Shown: in pieces, positions 57,243-64,000 of the stretch
Layout of the letters: the number at the start of each line of letters is the position of its first letter
Position numbering within the stretch: the first letter of the stretch is position 1
Source: an uncultured virus (IMG/VR IMGVR_UViG_2922252024_000010)
Lineage: Duplodnaviria; Heunggongvirae; Uroviricota; Caudoviricetes
Virus record (IMG/VR): IMGVR_UViG_2922252024_000010
Strand: one strand, 5' to 3'
DNA: 64,000 nucleotides
Notes under the pieces: model-generated
What the model saw: only the letters and a program-made list of their open reading frames with translations
What the model was told of the DNA's origin: nothing
Database searches by the model: none
Program-made: the position numbers and the translations under genes

Positions 57243-57862
57243 GTGAGCGTCCGGCATTTGTCACCCTGGGCAGCACGGTCAGTGCCGCCGAGAATATTGT
57301 TAACTGGCTGAAAGCTGAACTTGAGGGTGAAAATCAACCAGACCGGGTTGAAAAAGTGGAACGTCACATCGGTCAGTTTAACACCCCGGATCAGGTCAAA
57401 AGCTATATGTCCGGGCGCGGAGGCAGTATCCGTATTGCGGCCTTACGGGTCAGGAATATCCAGAACCGTCGCGGCATGACCGGCCTTGTGACCTGGGCGG
57501 CCTACATCATGATGGCTGATTCATGGGGATACCCGCGCGATGCCCGCTGTGAGGTTATTGCCGGACGCCTTGCCCGTCGTATCAGCTGTCGTGAAGCGGC
57601 TGCGGGCATGAAGGCTGAGCGTATGGCTGAGAACATCGCCGCTGAAAACCTCTGGTCGGGTGGCCTGGACAATCTCGGGATCACCATGTGGGCCGTTACA
57701 TGGGAACAGGAATTCCGTCTTGATGATGAGATAGACCTGTCCACGCTGCCGGAATTCCTGCGACTGGGTGCAACCATTGTGGTGAACGGACAGCCGGTAA
57801 GCGATGAGCCGCAAATCATAAACGTAAGAGAAGGACAGACTGATGACAAAGAAAATGATTAA
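57239..57862 (+). CDS. Mu gp37-like tail completion protein
   Basis: Synteny; H.GQF motif. Confidence 0.7.
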   Translation: MSERPAFVTLGSTVSAAENIVNWLKAELEGENQPDRVEKVERHIGQFNTPDQVKSYMSGRGGSIRIAALRVRNIQNRRGMTGLVTWAAYIMMADSWGYPRDARCEVIAGRLARRISCREAAAGMKAERMAENIAAENLWSGGLDNLGITMWAVTWEQEFRLDDEIDLSTLPEFLRLGATIVVNGQPVSDEPQIINVREGQTDDKEND

Positions 57863-58031
57863 GCCATCACGGGCGGGCCTGCTCGTTCGTAAGGCTGATG
57901 GCAGTCACCTTGCCGCTGATGGCGAGACACTGCCGGTCAATGCGTACTGGCTGCGCCGTGAAAAAGAAGGCGATGTGAATATCACTGAGCCACCGAAGTC
58001 CCGCACATCTAAAACCGATAAGGAGGCATGA
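57843..58031 (+). CDS. Mu gp38-like (DUF2635) protein
   Basis: IKP...VR...YWLRR..EGDV. Confidence 0.85.
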   Translation: MTKKMIKPSRAGLLVRKADGSHLAADGETLPVNAYWLRREKEGDVNITEPPKSRTSKTDKEA

Positions 58032-59509
58032 TGTCCATCGGTAATATTCCTGATGATATTCGTGTCCCGCTGGTCTGGATCGATATCGATAACTCTATGG
58101 CGATGAGTGCCGCGCCGGCACAGTCCCGAAAAATTCTGGTTGTGGGTCAGCAGCTCGCCAGCGCGACTGCTTTACCGTTGACGCTGAATCGTATTACTGG
58201 CGACAGCATGGCCGATGAACTCTATGGCCGTGGCTCCATGCTGGGTGAAATGGCAAAGATGGTCCGTAAGGCCAACAGCTACACCGAGATGTATGCGATG
58301 GGACTGGAGGATATTGCCCAGGGCGCCGCAGCGAGTGCCACAGTCACGATGCTAGGCACCGCCACTCAGGCCGGTACGCTGGCACTGATGATCAATGGCG
58401 TGTCTGTCCAGGTCGGGGTCAGCATCGGTGATGAAGCGGCAACCATTGCTGGCAATATCATCACTGCGATTACCGCAAAGCCTGCCACTCAGGTCACCGC
58501 CACAGCAAAAGCTGAAGCTGCTGCAACGGTAGTGCTGACCGTGAAGTGGAAAGGTGTCACGGGAAATGACAGCGATGTGCGCCTGAACTATTACGCCGGA
58601 GAACAAACACCTGCCGGCATCAGTGCAACACTGACCGCCTTTTCGGGTGGCACGGGGACGCCGGATATTGAGGAGGTTGTTGCCGCTCTGGGGGATGACT
58701 GGTACACGGATATTATTTTCCCGTACACCGACACGCAGAGTCTGAACAGCATTCGTGACGAACTGGAAGAACGCTGGGGGCCGCTCAAGATGATGGAGGC
58801 GATTCTGTGGTCTGCTTATCGTGGTACGCATGCCCAGAGCGGTACATTCGGGCATACCCGCAATGACTGGCTGATTTCCTGTATTGGCACCAACATCGCA
58901 CCAGAACCGTCATGGCTATGGGCCGCCAGCTACGGCGCAACGGCGGCATACCAGTTGGCCCTTGATCCTGCCCGTCCTCTCCAGACGCTGATCCTGACCG
59001 GTATCAAGCCGCCCGCTCGCGGTATCCGCTGGGATATGCCAGAGCGTAACCTGCTGCTGCATGACGGTATCGCCACGCACTTTGTTGATGCCGGAGATAA
59101 CGTCTGTATTGAGCGCGAAATCACCATGTACCGCGTGAACCGCTATGGCGATACCGACATTTCATACCTCGATGTGCAGTCGCCGGCAACGCTTGGCCGC
59201 ATCCGTTATGTCATCAAAAACCGCTTCACCAGCCGTTATCCGCGCCACAAGCTGGCGGATGATGACGTACTTGATTTGCTTGATGCCGGTCAGCCGGTGA
59301 TGACACCGAAGATTGCGACCGCTGAACTGCTGGATATTGCACTGACTGAGCTTATCCCGGCTGGCTTGGTAGAAGACTTTGAGGACTACAAAGAAACGCT
59401 CGATGTCACTATCGACAGTAAAGATCCAAACCGTCTGAACTTTATCTGCCACCCGAACCTGGTGAATCAGTTGCGCGTTCTGGCCGGTCTCATCCAGTTC
59501 AAACTTTAA
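58028..59509 (+). CDS. Tail sheath protein L
   Basis: IP.DIRVPL, GRGSML, DPARPLQTL, ERNLLL.DGIAT. Confidence 0.95.
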   Translation: MMSIGNIPDDIRVPLVWIDIDNSMAMSAAPAQSRKILVVGQQLASATALPLTLNRITGDSMADELYGRGSMLGEMAKMVRKANSYTEMYAMGLEDIAQGAAASATVTMLGTATQAGTLALMINGVSVQVGVSIGDEAATIAGNIITAITAKPATQVTATAKAEAAATVVLTVKWKGVTGNDSDVRLNYYAGEQTPAGISATLTAFSGGTGTPDIEEVVAALGDDWYTDIIFPYTDTQSLNSIRDELEERWGPLKMMEAILWSAYRGTHAQSGTFGHTRNDWLISCIGTNIAPEPSWLWAASYGATAAYQLALDPARPLQTLILTGIKPPARGIRWDMPERNLLLHDGIATHFVDAGDNVCIEREITMYRVNRYGDTDISYLDVQSPATLGRIRYVIKNRFTSRYPRHKLADDDVLDLLDAGQPVMTPKIATAELLDIALTELIPAGLVEDFEDYKETLDVTIDSKDPNRLNFICHPNLVNQLRVLAGLIQFKL

Positions 59510-59518
59510 GGAGCCAGC

Positions 59519-59875
59519 ATGGCAAACATTCTGGGTATGGCGGCGATTCGTATTAATGGCCGTGAAATCAAAACTGAAGGCAAATCCACCCTGAATCCGG
59601 GAGGCTATGCCCGCCAGCAACATATGGGCGGCGGTAAAGTCTGGGGTAATTCCCGCAAGATGGCGGCCCCCTCCATCAAGCTGACCATTGCTGCAGATCG
59701 CGATGTCGATGTGATTGAAATCAGTAACTGGGAGGACGTGACCGTCATGTTTTACGGTGACAACGGTCTCAACTACATGATGACCGGCGCGGCCACCGAT
59801 AACCCGGCAGAACTGGACGAAGACGCGGGGACGGTCTCGGCTAACTTCATCGGCGTCAAGTGTGTGAAGGTGTAA
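59519..59875 (+). CDS. Tail tube protein M
   Basis: 118 aa, directly after the sheath gene. Confidence 0.88.
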   Translation: MANILGMAAIRINGREIKTEGKSTLNPGGYARQQHMGGGKVWGNSRKMAAPSIKLTIAADRDVDVIEISNWEDVTVMFYGDNGLNYMMTGAATDNPAELDEDAGTVSANFIGVKCVKV

Positions 59876-59878
59876 GAC

Positions 59879-60274
59879 ATGGCTGAAATGACATTCACTC
59901 TGGTACATGGTCTGCGTACAGGCAAAGGCACTACCGACGAAATGCTTCACAAGGATGTGACGCTTCGCGAGCTGACATCACGGGATGTTATCGAATCACA
60001 ACTGGCCTCAGAGCGCGTCGTGCTTGGGGATAATGGCAAGGCGGTTGCCTACTGCTCTGAGGTCATGATGGGGCTGGAGATGATGCGCCGGCAGATTAAG
60101 AATATTGGTGAAATCCCCGGCCCACTGGACATGAATCAAATTTATGCCCTGCATCCGGAAGATTTGAAGTTGCTGACTGAAAAGGGTCAGGCGATGGATG
60201 ACATGCTGGGGGAGACTGCCGAACGGGGGCGACATGGTGCCGATGGCAGCGGCGCTCAATCTACTGCTGATTAA
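59879..60274 (+). CDS. Tail assembly chaperone (Mu gp41-like)
   Basis: L.HGL, V.LREL, LHPEDL; ends with CGG GGG CGA slippery site. Confidence 0.88.
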   Translation: MAEMTFTLVHGLRTGKGTTDEMLHKDVTLRELTSRDVIESQLASERVVLGDNGKAVAYCSEVMMGLEMMRRQIKNIGEIPGPLDMNQIYALHPEDLKLLTEKGQAMDDMLGETAERGRHGADGSGAQSTAD

Positions 60275-60383
60275 CCTCTCTCAGCGTTTCGATGTTAACC
60301 GGCTTGAGCAACTGCCCCTGCGGCAGTTGCTTATTCAGGTCAGGCAACTGAGGAAGCAATATGACAAACCGCCTAAGCACTGA
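60225..60383 (+). CDS. Frameshift extension of the tail chaperone (-2 frame)
   Basis: GGGGGCGA at 60225-60232; -2 frame open to 60383 (LEQLPLRQLL). Confidence 0.75.
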   Translation, partial: GGDMVPMAAALNLLLINLSQRFDVNRLEQLPLRQLLIQVRQLRKQYDKPPKH

Positions 60384-62274
60384 AATTCTGATTAACCTTG
60401 CCGGGAACCTGACGGCCAAAGCCCGCCAGTACGGCGCTAATATGAGCGAGTTTGCCAGCCGTAACCAGAAAGCAATGTCTGTTGTGAAGGCTGCGTCTGA
60501 ATCTGCCGGACGTGGTCTGGATATGCTCAGTAATCGCTATACAACGATGATTGCCGGCCTTGCCAGCGGCGCAGCGCTGAGGGAATTTGCTAAAACAGAT
60601 CGACAATTAACCGGGCTGGGTATTGCTGCCGGTAAAACTCGTGATGAGATGCGCAATATCTTTGATGGCATTCAGGAAACCGCCATCAAATTCCGGGTCG
60701 ATGACTCGGAGGTGTTGGCGGCGCTGGAGAATGTCAACAAAACGACCGGCGATCTGGATTTTGGTATTCAGAATAAGGGCATGATAGCCGCTTCTATTGC
60801 TGCATCAGGCTCTCAGGGGGATTCGATTGGCGGACTGTTTTCTCAGTTCCCTAAATTTGGTCTTCAGACTGAAAAGCAGACGCTTGCAGCTATGGATACG
60901 TTAAACCTTCTGGGAAAAGAAGGCGCATTTGAGCTGAAAGACATTGCAGAAAAAGGCGTCAGAGCCTTCTCTATGTACTCCGCTGCTGGCGGGAGTGGCG
61001 TTAAGGGAGTCAAAGACGTAGGCGTTGTACTGGAATCTGCCATTGATGCCACAGGCAACCGTGATACAGCAGCCACGGCGACTGAAAACCTTATTCGTGA
61101 TCTGCAGTTGCCAAAGGTTGTTGACACTCTCAAGAAGAAAGCAGGAATTAACGTATATGGCAAAGATGGAAAAATGCGTTCTCTTCCAGAAATTCTGGCT
61201 GAAGTAGCGAAATCATCTGGTAGCAAAGGATCGCAAGAGCAGAATGAAAGACTACTGAAAGCCGGTTTTAACCAGGACAGTATTTTACTTATCAGCAGTG
61301 TCACCTCTGGTAAAGGAGCAGAAAACCTCAAGCGATACCAGTCAGTAGTCGGAGATGGTACAGGCATCATGAAAGATGCTGAATATGCGGCGAAAGATTT
61401 TACTTCGGCGCTGACCAGCCTGAATGTTACCTGGAAGAAATTTTCTAACAGCAATCTTGCCGGACCGGTACAGGAACTGGCTGATGCCATCAATTCAGTA
61501 GATCAAAAGACGGTTCAGAACTGGCTTGAAGTCGGCAAGAAAATTGCCATTGCGACTGCCGGAGTCATTGCAGCACGTAAAGCATTTAAAATCGGTAAAG
61601 GTGCATGGGATTTTCTCCAGCCAGAAAAAGGAGGAAAAGGCATACCTAAAGGCGTCTCAGATGTTTTTGGCTCCGGTGTTATGCCCGTTTATGTCGTGAA
61701 CATGGGCAAAGGTGGAATGGGTGGTCCTGGTGATTTAATTCCCGATGGAAAAGAACCTCGTAAACCCAATGGCCCAGGACGTCTTAGTGTTCCTGGAGGG
61801 ATGATCGGAACATCTCTAATGATGGCCACAATTCCCTATCTTGATGATGATTCTTCACTGACCGATGACGACAAAGCTGGCATGGTTCAGTGGGCAAAGG
61901 ATCGTGCTAAACGCAAAGCGAATGAGAAACCGGTTATTGACCCGCGCCCGTGGGCATCAATGACACCGGCAACGCCGTTTATCCCTGCGTCTGAAAATCC
62001 CCCGGCAGACAGACCGCGCCCTGAAACGAGTGACCATTCTTTGTTTGGTGTCATCGTTGATTTTCTGCGGGGCACTAACGCCGCAATAGAGAACAAAAAT
62101 GCGCTTGATAAATCAGCACAGCCATCCGTTCCTCTGGCCCCGACAGTGAAAGAGATACAGGGTGAAATTCGTGTGATCCTTGAGGGGAATGGTCGCGTTA
62201 AAAATGTCTCCATGAACCAGTCTGATATAAAACTCAGCGCTTCTGCTGGCGTGAGCAGCGTGGGACAAGGCTAA
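60361..62274 (+). CDS. Tape measure protein (Mu gp42-like)
   Basis: INLAGNL, GKEGAFELKD, PVYVVN. Confidence 0.92.
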   Translation: MTNRLSTEILINLAGNLTAKARQYGANMSEFASRNQKAMSVVKAASESAGRGLDMLSNRYTTMIAGLASGAALREFAKTDRQLTGLGIAAGKTRDEMRNIFDGIQETAIKFRVDDSEVLAALENVNKTTGDLDFGIQNKGMIAASIAASGSQGDSIGGLFSQFPKFGLQTEKQTLAAMDTLNLLGKEGAFELKDIAEKGVRAFSMYSAAGGSGVKGVKDVGVVLESAIDATGNRDTAATATENLIRDLQLPKVVDTLKKKAGINVYGKDGKMRSLPEILAEVAKSSGSKGSQEQNERLLKAGFNQDSILLISSVTSGKGAENLKRYQSVVGDGTGIMKDAEYAAKDFTSALTSLNVTWKKFSNSNLAGPVQELADAINSVDQKTVQNWLEVGKKIAIATAGVIAARKAFKIGKGAWDFLQPEKGGKGIPKGVSDVFGSGVMPVYVVNMGKGGMGGPGDLIPDGKEPRKPNGPGRLSVPGGMIGTSLMMATIPYLDDDSSLTDDDKAGMVQWAKDRAKRKANEKPVIDPRPWASMTPATPFIPASENPPADRPRPETSDHSLFGVIVDFLRGTNAAIENKNALDKSAQPSVPLAPTVKEIQGEIRVILEGNGRVKNVSMNQSDIKLSASAGVSSVGQG

Positions 62275-63605
62275 TGGGAAAAACACGATGGGAAGACCTG
62301 CGAGATGCTTCATTTCGGGGCGTATCCTTCTATCTGGTCGATAACGAAGGCACCAGTGGACGCCGTGCAATCCCCCGAGCCTACCCTAAAAAAGAAGTGG
62401 GCTGGACCGAGGATAACGGTGCTGTTCTGACCCAACAGCAAATCAACGGCAAGCTGATTGGCAAGGACTACCAGAGCCAACTGGAGGCGCTTCTGCACGT
62501 TCTGAACATGCCGGGACCTGGTGAACTAATCCATCCGTGGTTCGGCATTGAGAAAGTTCAGGTCGGCAAGGTGACGCACCGTCTGAGCACTGAGGAAGGC
62601 GGCATTGCCTATATCTCTTTTGAGGTATATGAGGCGGGTGAACGCCTGTTCCCTGCGCCGACAGAAAACACCAGCCTGACGGTACTCAGCGCAGCGGATA
62701 AGGTTAAAGCTGCCCTGGCTAATGGTGATGTCTTTGCCCTGCTGGATGGTCTTGGTGAGATGGCTGATACGTGGATGGACGACATGGAGAATCTGGTGGT
62801 GGGTGTGCTGACGCTACCCTCCGCGATCACAGAATGGACTGACCGCCTCGGACGCTTTCGCGGACTGATTGAGCTGGCCGTCGCGAAACCCGCCGGGTTT
62901 ATCAATGATGTTCTGACCCTTGTCAGCGGTGTACGCGATACCGTGACCGAACCTTTGTGGTCAATGCGGGTTTATGATCAGCTCCGTAGCCGGTGGCAGG
63001 GAGAACAGTTTTCCGGTTCTTCATCTTCGCCGTGGTCGTCGCCGGCTTCGTCAACAAATACAAGTGACCGCGCGACAGCCGCTGCACTCCACCAGTTGCC
63101 CAAATACATGTCAGTCACACCAGGTTCAGTGACTGACGGAAAGTATGGTTTTGCCAGCAGCCTTCCGGACGTTGTCCCTGAGCTGACCGATGCCATGCAG
63201 GACAACATCACTCATTTCCGTCAGTTGATTGTCGTTGCCAGCCTAACTGGACAGGCAGAGACCGTTGCCAGCACCGATTTCAGAAGCAGTGAGGAAGCCA
63301 TAAGTGCGGGTGACACGCTGGCTGAGCAACTGAATGAACAGGCTGTGTACGCCGTAGAAAACGGTCAGCGGGATTTGTGGCATGCCCTGCGTGAGCTGCG
63401 CTTTGCCGTCGTCAATGACGTGCGGGTCAGAAGCGCTCAGCTACCACAGACACGAACGGTCATTCTGACCACAACGTCCCCGGTATCTCTGATTGCATGG
63501 CGTGAAACCGGTAATACCGAGAACCGTGACGCCATCGCGTCAAGGAACCGATTGAAAGACCCGGCGTTCGTTCTTCCGGGTAAACCTGTCGAGGTAACAG
63601 ATTGA
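62274..63605 (+). CDS. DNA circularization protein N (Mu gp43)
   Basis: LRDASFRGVSF, GPGELIHPWFG, RN...P.FV. Confidence 0.92.
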   Translation: MGKTRWEDLRDASFRGVSFYLVDNEGTSGRRAIPRAYPKKEVGWTEDNGAVLTQQQINGKLIGKDYQSQLEALLHVLNMPGPGELIHPWFGIEKVQVGKVTHRLSTEEGGIAYISFEVYEAGERLFPAPTENTSLTVLSAADKVKAALANGDVFALLDGLGEMADTWMDDMENLVVGVLTLPSAITEWTDRLGRFRGLIELAVAKPAGFINDVLTLVSGVRDTVTEPLWSMRVYDQLRSRWQGEQFSGSSSSPWSSPASSTNTSDRATAAALHQLPKYMSVTPGSVTDGKYGFASSLPDVVPELTDAMQDNITHFRQLIVVASLTGQAETVASTDFRSSEEAISAGDTLAEQLNEQAVYAVENGQRDLWHALRELRFAVVNDVRVRSAQLPQTRTVILTTTSPVSLIAWRETGNTENRDAIASRNRLKDPAFVLPGKPVEVTD

Positions 63606-64000
63606 TGGAAATGGTTGTGCTTGAGGTTGACGGCCAGCAGTGGGACGGATGGACAGAGATGTCCATCACTTCCTCACTGGAGGCTGTTGCCGGCGAATTT
63701 GATCTCACTGTCACCACACAATGGTCAGAAGCATCACCGCGCGTGATTAAGCAGGGCATGCCCTGCATCGTCAGGCTGGGAAAAGATACGGTTCTGACGG
63801 GGTATATTGATGATTTCATTCCCAGCTATGACGCAGAAAACATGAGTATTCGCGTTATGGGGCGGGATAAAACCGGCGATCTCGTTGACAGCTCAGTGGT
63901 GCATAAATCCGGCCAGTGGAAAGGTGTTCGACTGGAGCAACTGGCAGTGGAAATCTGCAAACCCTATGGCATCAGTGTTATCAGTGAAACTGACACTGGT
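63605..64000 (+). CDS. Baseplate hub protein P (Mu gp44), truncated by window end
   Basis: Hand translation: MEMVVLEVDGQQWDGW...TGYIDD...GRDKTGDLVDSS. Confidence 0.9.
   Translation, partial: MEMVVLEVDGQQWDGWTEMSITSSLEAVAGEFDLTVTTQWSEASPRVIKQGMPCIVRLGKDTVLTGYIDDFIPSYDAENMSIRVMGRDKTGDLVDSSVVHKSGQWKGVRLEQLAVEICKPYGISVISETDTG

Larger units (their letters stand above)
37048..64000 (+). mobile_element. Mu-like transposable prophage (left end; continues beyond window)
   Basis: Starts with TG at the ymfL break; Mu order c-ner-A-B...gam-gemA-mor-lysis-head-tail. Confidence 0.95.

Noticed and set aside
1..64000. CRISPR array, tRNA, reverse transcriptase/DGR, invertible tail-fibre segment, known defence operon
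   Set aside because: None seen by eye; the Mu-like fibre/invertase/mom region would lie beyond the window.

Overview
Enterobacterial chromosome (pspG-dusA) followed by three nested mobile elements. (1) A lambdoid, cos-packaging siphophage prophage sits in the 5' end of dusA. It has a dusA-associated tyrosine integrase, a LexA-controlled umuD'-like/dinI-like pair, cor, lambda-like tail and Gifsy-like head genes, lysis genes, Q, three DNA methyltransferases and a replication gene. (2) At 37047/37048 a Mu-like transposable myophage interrupts its ymfL-like early gene and runs off the window end (c, ner, A, B, gam, gemA, mor/C, lysis, head, contractile tail). (3) A 768-bp IS1 with a 9-bp target duplication interrupts the Mu-like gam gene. 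Most genes belong to known phage families; product calls come from recalled motifs and synteny, not from database searches. The best leads are non-coding or sub-genic: a GATC-paired OxyR-like architecture upstream of cor (possible epigenetic switch of superinfection exclusion), a 5mC methyltransferase with about 7 tandem TRD-like repeats, a Mu-like lysis cassette with no visible spanin, a 21-bp repeated late-promoter element, a Fur-like box beside cosQ, and a repeated hairpin+RBS leader.
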